Below, in pieces: positions 19,981-29,452 of a DNA stretch of 64,000 nucleotides; position 1 is the first letter of the stretch; each line of letters opens with the position of its first letter. The stretch covers positions 1,417,601-1,481,600 of the forward strand of contig JACEUU010000003.1 of the NCBI GenBank assembly GCA_024998755.1. Reading direction: 5' to 3'. This DNA comes from Vampirovibrio sp. (GTDB lineage: Bacteria; Cyanobacteriota; Vampirovibrionia; Vampirovibrionales; JAJTHC01). The notes beneath the pieces are model-generated. The model was not told where the DNA came from. It saw only the letters and a list, made by a program, of their open reading frames with translations, and made no database searches. The translations under genes were made by a program, and so were the position numbers.

Positions 19981-20973
19981 CTAGCTAAACATGGCTGAAA
20001 CGGATTCAGAATCGTGAATTCTAGCAATGGCTTCACCTAGTAGGCTAGCTATGGAAATTTGCTTGATTTTAGAAACAGATTTAGCTTGGTCGCTTAAGGG
20101 AATGGAATCTGTTACAATCACTTCTTTAATAGGCGAAGCGGCTAAGCGTTCCACCGCTGGGCCTGAAAATACGGCGTGGGCAGCTACAACGTAAACTTCT
20201 TTAGCACCACGTTCCATCAACAACTTAGCACCAGAACAGATTGTTCCAGCCGTATCAATCATGTCATCTACCAAAATACAGGTACGCCCTTCAACTTCCC
20301 CAATAATGTGGAAAACTTCCGCTACGTTGTGGGCTGTCCGACGTTTATCAATAATGGCAATTGGGCAATCTAGTTTTTTAGCGTAAACTCTGGCACGTTC
20401 TACACCGCCAGCATCTGGGCTGACAATAACGGGGTTGTACAATGGACGAGAAATCAAGTAGTTGTAAAGTACAGGCGTTGCATATAAATGGTCTGTTAAA
20501 ATATTGAAGAAGCCTTGTAGCTGCCCCGTGTGTAAATCCATCGCTAATACTCGGCTGGCTCCAGCAGTGGTAATTAAATCTGCAACCAACTTGGCGGAAA
20601 TAGATTCACGCCCTGATGTTTTTCTATCTTGACGAGCATACCCAAAGTAAGGAATAACAGCGGTTACAGACTTGGCGGATGCTCGTTTGAGTGCATCAAT
20701 AATCATGAGCATTTCCATTAAATTATCGTTAACAGGGTTGCAGGTAGGTTGAATAACAAACACGTCATCGCCCCGAACACTTTCGTTAATGCGTACATAT
20801 AATTCACCATCGCTAAAGTTTTTAACCACGCATGGGCTAATAGAGGTATTGAGGTAAGCAGCAATTTCTTCGGCTAATTCAGGGTTGGCTCGCCCAGTAA
20901 ATAACTTAACGCTCTCAGATAAATCGCTGAGCCGAGGCAATTGTAATTCAGGAAGTGTCATCTCTATCGCCAC
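19981..20973 (-). CDS. prs: Ribose-phosphate pyrophosphokinase
   Basis: FSDGE..VRI.ESVRG, PYFGYARQDRK, DLH..Q.QGFF, VSPDAGG..RA, VDDMIDTAGT. Confidence 0.97.
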   Translation of the reverse strand: MAIEMTLPELQLPRLSDLSESVKLFTGRANPELAEEIAAYLNTSISPCVVKNFSDGELYVRINESVRGDDVFVIQPTCNPVNDNLMEMLMIIDALKRASAKSVTAVIPYFGYARQDRKTSGRESISAKLVADLITTAGASRVLAMDLHTGQLQGFFNILTDHLYATPVLYNYLISRPLYNPVIVSPDAGGVERARVYAKKLDCPIAIIDKRRTAHNVAEVFHIIGEVEGRTCILVDDMIDTAGTICSGAKLLMERGAKEVYVVAAHAVFSGPAVERLAASPIKEVIVTDSIPLSDQAKSVSKIKQISIASLLGEAIARIHDSESVSAMFS

Positions 20974-21225
20974 CTTCGGAGTCCTCCAACTTATTGTAAT
21001 TTTTATAGGGTTTAGACCAGTATTTCATTTATTGAAAACCTATAGGTATGAAACCATAAAAATAAAAAGAATGCGATAATTCGTAGCTGATTGTTACCTT
21101 TTATTATTTTCTTGTTATTTAAACTTTACAAACAATACTAATAGTATCATTTAAGCAGACAAAATGCTACTATTGTAGCTTATAGAAGTATCATCATAAA
21201 TAACCATGAAAAAGAGTGTTTCACC

Positions 21226-22878
21226 ATGAAAACTTGGTATAAAGATGCCATTATTTACGAACTACACGTTAAAGCATTTTGTGATAAAAACAAAGATGGT
21301 AAAGGAGATTTTAAAGGCTTAACCGAAAAGTTAGATTACCTTGTTGGGCTGGGTATTAACACCTTATGGTTGTTACCTTTTTTTGTTTCTCCGCAAAAAG
21401 ATGATGGGTATGATATTGCAGATTATTATGGTATTCAGCCAGAATACGGCACCCTAAAAGACTTTAAGCTATTTATTAAAGCCTGCAAAAAACGAAACCT
21501 CAAAATTATTATTGAGCTGGTTGTCAACCACGTTTCTGACCAACATTACTGGTTTCAAGATGCGATTAATTTGGGCAAAAAAAGCAAGTATTGGGATTAT
21601 TTTATTTGGAGAGATGATGAGGAATGCTTTAAAGAAACCCGTATTATTTTTACAGATACTGAAAAATCAAACTGGGCATGGCAACCCCAAGTTAAAAAAT
21701 TTTATTGGCATCGGTTTTTTTCAAGCCAGCCGGATTTAAACTACAATAACCCCAAAGTGGTTAAAAATATCAATAAAATTATTAAATACTGGAGCGATTT
21801 GGGCGTCGATGGCTTTCGGTTGGATGCCATTCCCTACCTGTGTGTGAAAGAAGGGACTAATAATGAAAACCTGCCTGAAACACACGAAGTGATTAAAAAT
21901 TGGCGAAAGTATTTAGACGCCCACTTTGAATACAAAATTTTCTTAGCGGAAGCCAACCAATGGCCGGAAGATGTTGCCAAGTATTTTGGTAACGATGATG
22001 AATGCCACATGGCTTACAACTTTCCGTTAATGCCACGGCTGTATATCGCCCTCAAAAAAGAAACCCGAACCCCTATTATTGACATTATGGAAAATTTACC
22101 CGCTATTCCCCCCAATTGCCAGTGGGCGTTGTTTCTTCGCAATCATGATGAGCTAACCCTTGAAATGGTTACCGATGAAGAACGAGATTATATGTATAAG
22201 GAATATGCGAAAGACCCTAAAATGCGTCGTAATGTGGGTATTATTAGAAGGCTAGCCCCGCTGGTAGACAATAGCAAGCGGGTTATTAAGTTACTTAACA
22301 GTATTTTAATGTCGTTCCCCGGTACGCCCATTATTTACTATGGCGATGAAATTGGCATGGGCGATAATATTTATTTGGGCGATAGAAACGGGGTTAGAAC
22401 CCCCATGCAGTGGACTGCGGATAAGAATGCGGGGTTTTCTCAGGTTAGTCCTCATCAGTTATACCTGCCCCCCATTATGGATTCTATTTATGGGTATCAT
22501 GTCATCAATGTTGAGACAGAAAGTTTACAGCCCTTTTCCTTGTTTAATTATATGAAGCGTTTAATTGAAATGCGTAAACGGTACTTGGTTTTTGGTAGGG
22601 GGGCTATTGAATTTATTAAGCCAAAAAATATTAAAATTTTGGCTTATCGGCGGTTTGATGAGGTGCATCAAATTTTGTGCATTGTCAATTTGTCTAAAGT
22701 AGCGGAATTTGTAGAAATTGATTTGGGGGCATTTAACTTTAGCAATATTGTTGAAATTTTCGGACAAAATACGTACGCCCCTACTAACGGTAAAAAATAT
22801 AATTTCACCATGCAGCCGCATTCGTTTTTTTGGTTTGAAATGCAGCCGCTGCTTTATACCGAGTCACAGATTGAATAG
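21226..22878 (+). CDS. treS: Trehalose synthase / maltose alpha-D-glucosyltransferase (GH13)
   Basis: WYKDAIIYE, DDGYDIADY, GFRLDAIPYL, AEANQWPED, FLRNHDELTLEMVTDEER, DRNGVRTPMQW. Confidence 0.92.
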   Translation: MKTWYKDAIIYELHVKAFCDKNKDGKGDFKGLTEKLDYLVGLGINTLWLLPFFVSPQKDDGYDIADYYGIQPEYGTLKDFKLFIKACKKRNLKIIIELVVNHVSDQHYWFQDAINLGKKSKYWDYFIWRDDEECFKETRIIFTDTEKSNWAWQPQVKKFYWHRFFSSQPDLNYNNPKVVKNINKIIKYWSDLGVDGFRLDAIPYLCVKEGTNNENLPETHEVIKNWRKYLDAHFEYKIFLAEANQWPEDVAKYFGNDDECHMAYNFPLMPRLYIALKKETRTPIIDIMENLPAIPPNCQWALFLRNHDELTLEMVTDEERDYMYKEYAKDPKMRRNVGIIRRLAPLVDNSKRVIKLLNSILMSFPGTPIIYYGDEIGMGDNIYLGDRNGVRTPMQWTADKNAGFSQVSPHQLYLPPIMDSIYGYHVINVETESLQPFSLFNYMKRLIEMRKRYLVFGRGAIEFIKPKNIKILAYRRFDEVHQILCIVNLSKVAEFVEIDLGAFNFSNIVEIFGQNTYAPTNGKKYNFTMQPHSFFWFEMQPLLYTESQIE

Positions 22879-23018
22879 CGTAAAATCATGATTCGGGATG
22901 CCACGGGGGGCATCCCCTACGAAGGGAGAATTATCCGATTACTGTAGGGGACATCCCCCCGTGGTGTCCCGTTGGTGATGCAAACCCAAACACGCGATTT
23001 AATCTGTTAATTGGCATT
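22868..23018. mobile_element. MITE-type TIR pair enclosing an inverted REP doublet
   Basis: CAGATTGAATAGCGT ... GGGATGCCACGGGGGGCATCCCCTAC / GTAGGGGACATCCCCCCGTGGTGTCCC ... ACGCGATTTAATCTGTTAATTGG. Confidence 0.7.
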
Positions 23019-23163
23019 AGACGGTATAATTAGGTGTTTTTAAACCCTAATTCACGTCTACCAACGGTGTTTATACTAAAAATATCACCAAACCCACCAT
23101 GGGTTGCGTGATATTTTTCTCATCTCTCTTCACCACACACAATAATAGGAGACCTTACACACC

Positions 23164-23907
23164 ATGGGTTTATTTTATTTGTTTAAACGAAAAAAGAAGG
23201 CATCGCCTCCTCCGCCACCGCCTGCTCCACCGCCCCCACCTACAGAATTTCAGTATACTGATGGGTTAGGCACGCAATACAGAACCAGTGTTAGCGGTGG
23301 TGTTCAGCGTAGTTCGGTTCAGCTAAGCCAAGCAGACCAAGCTAACGTGAATGCTGCCAAAGACGGGTCTGGCGTGCTGATCAATGACCTAGGGCAAAGC
23401 GGTTTCCAGCTTCAGCAACAACGAGATAATCGGCAGAATCAGCTATTTCAGGTTAGCTATAATGGCTTGCTTGATTTTTATAATCAACAAGCCAGTAAAA
23501 CGAGAGCTGCTAATGCTAAACGCTTGGGTTCTGCTAGTACCAATACCTTTTTGGGGCAACAGCTACTGGGGCTTCAGCAACAAACGGGTAGAAGTATAAA
23601 CGACGCCCAATTAAACGCCTATAACCAAGCATGGAGCGACCAATTACAACAGCAAAGTTCGTTGCAAGATAGATTGGGTTCGTTAACTAATGTGCTTGAT
23701 TTTTATCAACGTACGGTTCAGCCTTACGCCCAGCTGGGTGGTACGGCTAATGCAGATGCCCAACAATTGTTATTAGCCCAGAGAAAAGCAATTGATGCAG
23801 CGAATAGTAATAACTTTAGGCAGGCAAATAGTGGTAATTCATCTGTTCAAAATTTACAGAAATCGTTAACGGATGCTTTGAAGCTGGCTTCTGCATTTTT
23901 GGTTTAA
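23164..23907 (+). CDS. Gln/Asn-rich hypothetical protein with a poly-Pro N-terminus, possibly a phage ejection (DNA-transfer)-like protein
   Basis: AGGAG RBS, 247 aa, poly-Pro tract, Gln-rich helices, QPYAQLG motif. The family assignment is tentative. Confidence 0.5.
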   Translation: MGLFYLFKRKKKASPPPPPPAPPPPPTEFQYTDGLGTQYRTSVSGGVQRSSVQLSQADQANVNAAKDGSGVLINDLGQSGFQLQQQRDNRQNQLFQVSYNGLLDFYNQQASKTRAANAKRLGSASTNTFLGQQLLGLQQQTGRSINDAQLNAYNQAWSDQLQQQSSLQDRLGSLTNVLDFYQRTVQPYAQLGGTANADAQQLLLAQRKAIDAANSNNFRQANSGNSSVQNLQKSLTDALKLASAFLV

Positions 23908-23929
23908 AAGGCTGTTCTTTCATTGCTAA

Positions 23930-24089
23930 TACCGATTAACCGATTAAATGTCGTGTTTTCTCATCGATTGTCGTTTCAGTCTTTCGCTGGTTGGTTTATC
24001 AGGGGGTTGCGGTTTGGCACCCCCCGACATCCCCCACAAATTCAAGGGGTTCCTACTGGTTGGTACGCTATTTAATCTTTGAAATGGTA
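23930..24089 (+). mobile_element. Internally deleted family-1 repeat (copy H)
   Basis: Both TIRs are intact. The interior jumps from CAAATTCAAGGGG directly to TTCCTACTGGTTGG. Confidence 0.88.
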
Positions 24090-24249
24090 TAAGATCTTAA
24101 TATTTTTTTGCTTTGTGTAGGGTTGACAATAACTAATAATGGCGTTACAGTATATCCTACACCAAGGGGCTAACGGTTTCTTCCTGCGGTGTATTAGGAC
24201 TCTGTTGTTACCCCTGTTTATCCCGAAAATGGATTTTAGGATTTTTTAT

Positions 24250-24546
24250 ATGATGCGTATTTCCGCCTTACAACCTACTTATACTGAACAAACTTTGCTA
24301 GCGGCTAGCCGTTACCAAGCGGTTTCTGCGGTGGCTTGTCGTCGTTCTGGGCAAGATGGCACGCAAACGCGTGGCAATTTAATGAATGGTACGCAAGCTA
24401 ATCCTCAAGTGCTTTCTTCCTTTATGCGTGAAGCAATTGAAGATGAAACGTCTGTTCGATACCAAGCACCGCTTCCTACCAACGGATGCAATAAAAAAAC
24501 GCTAGGTACTGAAGAAGCGGGTTGCCGTAAATCTTTTTTAGCCTAG
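24250..24546 (+). CDS. Hypothetical protein
   Basis: ORF 24139-24546, with the likely start at ATGATG 24250 (MMRISALQP...). Confidence 0.5.
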   Translation: MMRISALQPTYTEQTLLAASRYQAVSAVACRRSGQDGTQTRGNLMNGTQANPQVLSSFMREAIEDETSVRYQAPLPTNGCNKKTLGTEEAGCRKSFLA

Positions 24547-24554
24547 GTTTGGGC

Positions 24555-25214
24555 TTAAGAAGTGGGTGCTGGCATTACTTTGCTTAATGCGGCTTCATTT
24601 AGTTTTATGCCCACCATTTGCCACTGATTAGCATCGTCATTTTCGGCAGTGTTTTTTGGTTTTTTAGCCAGTTGAAACCTAATTTCAGCGTCTTTTAATT
24701 CTTTGGCGTTGATTCTAAAGGTAAACTCTGCCCGTTGTTTATCATCGCTTAGTTTGCTATTTCTAATACTGGCAATGCCTAGCACGGTTCTGGTGTTAAT
24801 TAATAAGTGAAGGCTGGGCACAACCCAAAATGGCATTTTTTTGGTGTCTAGGCTCATAAAGTTACATTTAGCCAAGTTGGTTTCAAAGTCTTTCTTGGTG
24901 TTGGCTAATTGAGAATCGAGTAATTGGTTTATCATGGCGTCATCTATTGCCCCAGAAGCCATTGTATTGTTTTGGGTGTTTAGGTCTGATTTGAGTTGGT
25001 CGTTGAGACTATTTTTAATGACGGCGTCTAGGCTGACTGCTTGGTTGAATTGTTCAACATCGCAGTGGTTTAGGGCTTCGGCAACAGAAATTAGCTTGTA
25101 TTCTGGTGAAAGCTTCACGGCGGTATTCCAGCTGGTAATGCCAAAATAAATGCCTATTAATAGGGCTACATATAAGCCGCTTGCCAGCAAAAACCGAATA
25201 ATTAGGTTAATCAT
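24555..25214 (-). CDS. Membrane-anchored hypothetical protein (DUF2939-like), paralog 1
   Basis: N-terminal TM helix, then SPEY.L..VAEA...D...F..AVSLDAV. Collinear similarity to 25513-26178. Confidence 0.6.
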   Translation of the reverse strand: MINLIIRFLLASGLYVALLIGIYFGITSWNTAVKLSPEYKLISVAEALNHCDVEQFNQAVSLDAVIKNSLNDQLKSDLNTQNNTMASGAIDDAMINQLLDSQLANTKKDFETNLAKCNFMSLDTKKMPFWVVPSLHLLINTRTVLGIASIRNSKLSDDKQRAEFTFRINAKELKDAEIRFQLAKKPKNTAENDDANQWQMVGIKLNEAALSKVMPAPTS

Positions 25215-25367
25215 AAATTTTTTCCTAGTTTAATTTTAATAAAAAGATACTTACTTGTTTAGCTTACCGTAGCTCTTGAAAAGCGGTTCTGGCAAGGTGT
25301 GCTAGCCACACCGAATGGGGGTACAGTAGTTACGCAAAAAACCCGCTTTTCTTAGAGATACCACAGA

Positions 25368-25498
25368 AGGGGGTTTGGGGGAGCGTTGCCCCCCACAAGG
25401 GGGTTCGGGGGAATAAATCCCCCGGCGAGGGGAGTGTTGAGGGGGTCTCGGTACCCCCTTAACGAATCAACCAGCGAAAGCTAAGAACGACAATCGAC
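25368..25498 (-). repeat. Divergent family-1-related repeat (copy I)
   Basis: Ends in AACCAGCGAAAGCTAAGAACGACAATCG (family-1 head, reverse complement), but the interior has different G/C-run hairpins. Confidence 0.7.
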
Positions 25499-25512
25499 CT
25501 TAGTTTTTGAAT

Positions 25513-26178
25513 TTAGTTTTTTGTAATCGTTTTTTCTGGCTTAGCATTAATTTCATTCATAATGGCTGCTAAATCTTCGCTTAGCTGAACGTGGGTTATT
25601 TGCCACGGATGGGCGGAATTGGGTTGCTTTTTTAGTTGAATGGTGGCTTCTAATACCTTGGGCTTACCTGTGGCTGAACGCACTAAAAATGTGGCGGATT
25701 GCCCATCTTCTGCCAGCTTTGGGTTTTCAATGGATACAATACCAAACACGGTTTTAAACACCACTAAGCTTTGCAAGCTAGGCATTAACCAAAAGGGACT
25801 GCTATTGGCTTGATTCATTTTAGCGGAACACTGAGTAATATCCTGTTCCACTGTGGTAATGGCTGCTTGTATTTTCTTGCGAATAAACGGGGCTACCAAT
25901 CTTGAATTGACGAAATGACGGGTTAACGCTGTATGATTTTTTAGTTCGGCTTTTACTTGTTGTTCGCCCATGCCGTATAGTACGGCATTTAAGTCAATGG
26001 CTTGTTTGAATCCGGTCATATTGCACTGCTGAAAGGCTTCAACTACTGCTATTAGTTGGTATTCAGGCAAGGGCTTAATTTGCGTATTCCACCAATAAGT
26101 GGTACTCACCCAGCCCACCAACGTAAGCCCTAATAGGGTGAAGGTGGTTATCAATCCATTTTTTAACAGGCTCATCAT
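25513..26178 (-). CDS. Membrane-anchored hypothetical protein (DUF2939-like), paralog 2
   Basis: PEYQLIAVVEAF, PFWLMPSL, KLAEDGQSATF and PWQIT segments align with paralog 1. Confidence 0.6.
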   Translation of the reverse strand: MMSLLKNGLITTFTLLGLTLVGWVSTTYWWNTQIKPLPEYQLIAVVEAFQQCNMTGFKQAIDLNAVLYGMGEQQVKAELKNHTALTRHFVNSRLVAPFIRKKIQAAITTVEQDITQCSAKMNQANSSPFWLMPSLQSLVVFKTVFGIVSIENPKLAEDGQSATFLVRSATGKPKVLEATIQLKKQPNSAHPWQITHVQLSEDLAAIMNEINAKPEKTITKN

Positions 26179-26188
26179 CGGTTTGTTA

Positions 26189-27616
26189 CTATCCTTCGTT
26201 TCTTAATAGACTTAAAACATCGCCCGCCGTGTAAAGAGACCCTGTTACCACGCCTAATGCGGAGGATTGATAAACTTCAGCGGTTAGGGGGTCTGTTTTA
26301 GGATGGTTGTTGACCCATTGTTGCACTACCCGCAACCCTACTTCAGGGGTACTGGCTGCCCATATGGGACGGGTTTTTAACGCCGGCAAGGCATTTCTCA
26401 ATTGCTGACGTAGCTTATAAGGGCAGTGGTATAAATCGGCGTTTTTTTCTGCTTGGCTGGCTTGTGTTACTACTACGCCCATGGTTTCACGCCCATGGCG
26501 TTTTAGTAGTTGAACAATAAGGTCAATCGGTCTGTTTTTACGCAAGCTTAGTAGCCAAAACAGGGGGCGTTTTTCACCGAATGTATCGTGCAAGCTGGGG
26601 GTTAGGGCATTGAGCCCATCTTCGTTATGAGACCCATCTACCAGTAGCTGATGCGGCTTGAAATACTGAAACCGGCCTGCCCATTGGGCGTTTTTTAGCC
26701 CTCGGTAGAAGGCTTCAATGTTCGTTACCAACCCTTGGCGTTGTAGGATATTAGCCGTTGCTAAAACGGTTGCCAAGTTATGCTTTTGATAGTTGCCCAA
26801 CAAGCCTAATTCAATCAGTTCGGTGGAAACCATATTTTTGAAGCTTTGCGTGCCGGCTTCGGTTAGTGGGCAAGTGCGTTGCAACAGGGCGGAAGTGGTT
26901 TCAATCACTGCACCGGTTCGTAGTGCGGTGGCTTGTTGTTGTAGAGTTTCAAAAGCGTCATCCGGTATATTTGGGCCTATAATCACAGGTACATCGGTTC
27001 GGAAAATGCCTGCTTTTTCTTTGGCGATACTTTCAAGCGTGTTGCCCAAGTGTTCGGTATGGTCAAACCCAATGCTGGTAATAACGGTGGCTACGGGTGA
27101 ATCCACCACGTTGGTGGCGTCTAAGCGTCCGCCTAAGCCTGTTTCCAGAACAACCACGTCCACATCAGCTTGCACAAATACTTTGAAGGCTAGTAGGACT
27201 AAAAATTCAAAATACGTTGGCCACTCTTCGCTATTTTCTTCAAATTCCCCCAAGTGTTGGGTTAGGCGTTTCCATAATTGGGTAACCGCTAGGTTGAAAT
27301 CAAACGGGGAAAGCGGTTGGGCGTTAATTAAAATTCGTTCTGAAACATCGCACAGATGCGGGCTAACAGTCGTGCCCACTTTCAACCCTTGAGCCATTAG
27401 CCCATAGGTTAGCATGGTACAAACAGACCCCTTGCCGTTCGTGCCTGCCACATGAATAACGGGGCGTTGGTTTTGCGGATGCCCCAATAGCTCGCACAAA
27501 CTTAGCATTCGTTGCGTGCCAAGCTTGATGGTAGACATGGTTAGCTGGTTTAGCAAAGCCTTGGCGGTAGATTGGTTAAACTGGGAAGGGACGGTAGACA
27601 AAACCGAAAGTCCCAC
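26189..27616 (-). CDS. folC: Folylpolyglutamate synthase / dihydrofolate synthase
   Basis: IHVAGTNGKGS, SPHL....ERI, TYFE, ETGLGGRLDATN, IGFDH...LG.T..IA.EKAGI, W.GRF, D.SHN. Confidence 0.95.
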   Translation of the reverse strand: MGLSVLSTVPSQFNQSTAKALLNQLTMSTIKLGTQRMLSLCELLGHPQNQRPVIHVAGTNGKGSVCTMLTYGLMAQGLKVGTTVSPHLCDVSERILINAQPLSPFDFNLAVTQLWKRLTQHLGEFEENSEEWPTYFEFLVLLAFKVFVQADVDVVVLETGLGGRLDATNVVDSPVATVITSIGFDHTEHLGNTLESIAKEKAGIFRTDVPVIIGPNIPDDAFETLQQQATALRTGAVIETTSALLQRTCPLTEAGTQSFKNMVSTELIELGLLGNYQKHNLATVLATANILQRQGLVTNIEAFYRGLKNAQWAGRFQYFKPHQLLVDGSHNEDGLNALTPSLHDTFGEKRPLFWLLSLRKNRPIDLIVQLLKRHGRETMGVVVTQASQAEKNADLYHCPYKLRQQLRNALPALKTRPIWAASTPEVGLRVVQQWVNNHPKTDPLTAEVYQSSALGVVTGSLYTAGDVLSLLRNEG

Positions 27617-27701
27617 TTTCTTTAAAACAAAAACTAGCGAATAACAGATACTTTTATTGTAAGGCTTTTTACAGGTAGAGACAACGCTTTTTTCCTTCGC
27701 A

Positions 27702-27984
27702 TACCAATTGAAAGTTTAAATGTCGTATTCTCTCATCGATTGTCGTTTGCGTCTTTCGCTGGTGGGTGTTAAGGGGGTTCTTGTTCGAGAACCCCCTTAA
27801 CAATCCCCCACGAATTCAGGGGCAAGCCCCTAAAAACCCCCGAAAAAACACCCCCTATGCCACTACGGGCACTGACGGGGGATGCTTTTTTCGCCCCTGC
27901 GGTGGACGGAACGCATCGACGACTGCAGAGCAAACGCGATGGTCGTTCCTACTGGAGGAAAGACATTCAATCTTTGAGGTGGTA
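27702..27984 (+). mobile_element. Family-1 repeat (copy J)
   Basis: TACCAATTGAAAGTTTAAATGTCGT ... AGACATTCAATCTTTGAGGTGGTA TIRs plus the family-1 interior. Confidence 0.9.
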
Positions 27985-28061
27985 TGACTACCTTCAGGTT
28001 GATGGTTATGTAACCGATACTAATAACATCTACTTAAAAAATGACGAGGTAACTCCACCCT

Positions 28062-28286
28062 ATGGGATTTTTTACGGTAACAGTCGCATTGTTTTCGTTG
28101 CTCATGTTTATCGGGTTTATTGTTAATCTCTTCAAAAGTTCTGATGATTTATTTGATACCCGCAAAGAAACCATTTTCGATAAGCTACTCAACTGCTTCA
28201 TTCCGCCTTATGATATGGTAAAGCTACTGTTTGTTATCGGCGTAGGGATGATTGGTTTCATTCTAACCTCGTTTATCCGCTTTTAA
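28062..28286 (+). CDS. Small hypothetical membrane protein
   Basis: 74 aa with two hydrophobic helices, followed by a terminator-like hairpin (GGGAGGGTTTGAAACCCTCCC). Confidence 0.45.
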   Translation: MGFFTVTVALFSLLMFIGFIVNLFKSSDDLFDTRKETIFDKLLNCFIPPYDMVKLLFVIGVGMIGFILTSFIRF

Positions 28287-28352
28287 CAAAAAGGGAGGGT
28301 TTGAAACCCTCCCCTAAACACAAAGAAAATAATGACAACGCATTACAAACCG

Positions 28353-29060
28353 TTACGCTTGCCCTCGTTGAGCCATGGCTTCTTGAGCCTTCAGCATGGC
28401 TAACCGGTCTCGAGCCATTTGCGTGATGGCATTGCCTTCACCTGATGCGGAAAGGTGGCTAACCAGCAAACCGCCCGCTAATACTGCCCCTGCTACTATA
28501 CCTGCTTTAGCAAGCCCTGTGGTTTTGGTGATGTTCATTTTTTCAGCAATCTTGCCTACGTTAGCGTTATCGAACTGATTCATCTGTACCTTAGCGTAAT
28601 CATTCGCTTCATTCAAAACTTTATTAACCCCTTTATAAGGGTTTTCATCCCATTTATGACTGTTTTTGACAAACCCTTCTGTGAAGTTTTTATCAACGGC
28701 TTTTAAATCAATTTCGCTACCAGCGGTAATGCCTAAAGTCGTTTTATGGGCATCCGTTAAATTTTGATTCAGATACTGTCTTTTTGCATCTACATAACTG
28801 CTATGCCCTTGTTTTGCCCATTGGCGTTCCATTGCATAGGTTGTACCGCCTGCTATTGCTGCTCCTGTTGTCCAAAGGGCGGCACCTCGCCAAAAGTTAC
28901 CATTTTGGGGTTGGTCGCCAAATTGCCTAGCACGGGCTTCTTCGCCTGGGTTTAAGCCTGTATAACCACCATACCCCATCCCCGCTTGCCGAGGACTTCT
29001 CGCATTCATGTATCCAGAAGCATCTGGTAACGACCCTAAACTGTTAATTTGATTACTCAT
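28353..29060 (-). CDS. Hypothetical protein with two Gly/Ala-rich hydrophobic helices
   Basis: 235-aa ORF with a GGGGA-type RBS upstream. No recognised family. Confidence 0.65.
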   Translation of the reverse strand: MSNQINSLGSLPDASGYMNARSPRQAGMGYGGYTGLNPGEEARARQFGDQPQNGNFWRGAALWTTGAAIAGGTTYAMERQWAKQGHSSYVDAKRQYLNQNLTDAHKTTLGITAGSEIDLKAVDKNFTEGFVKNSHKWDENPYKGVNKVLNEANDYAKVQMNQFDNANVGKIAEKMNITKTTGLAKAGIVAGAVLAGGLLVSHLSASGEGNAITQMARDRLAMLKAQEAMAQRGQA

Positions 29061-29452
29061 GCCGATGTTCCCCCGTTGGTTTTTTGTTCAAGTTTTTCGT
29101 TGCGTCTGTCTGTTTGATAAATGGGTTCTTTTATCGACGCAGATACCTTTTTCAAATAGGAATAGCGTTAGATGGATACTAGGCAACGTTAAATAAAAAA
29201 CCTCAGGCGTACACAGACGTACGTTGAGGATTTTTTATTTGACGGTAACAACGTAGACGCTGACGACATTTCTATTTGAAAAAGGTATAACACACCTATA
29301 TCTAGTAGCATAAAACCCACCCGTCCCCCATCTTGTGCTAAATTCTGAAAAATTACTTTAAGCCAGTGATAATTTTGTTTTTCTATGTTAAGATGTTGAA
29401 CTCATTAACCAAGTAAAAACAGGGGAATAACCTACCCAAAGACGGTTTCTAC

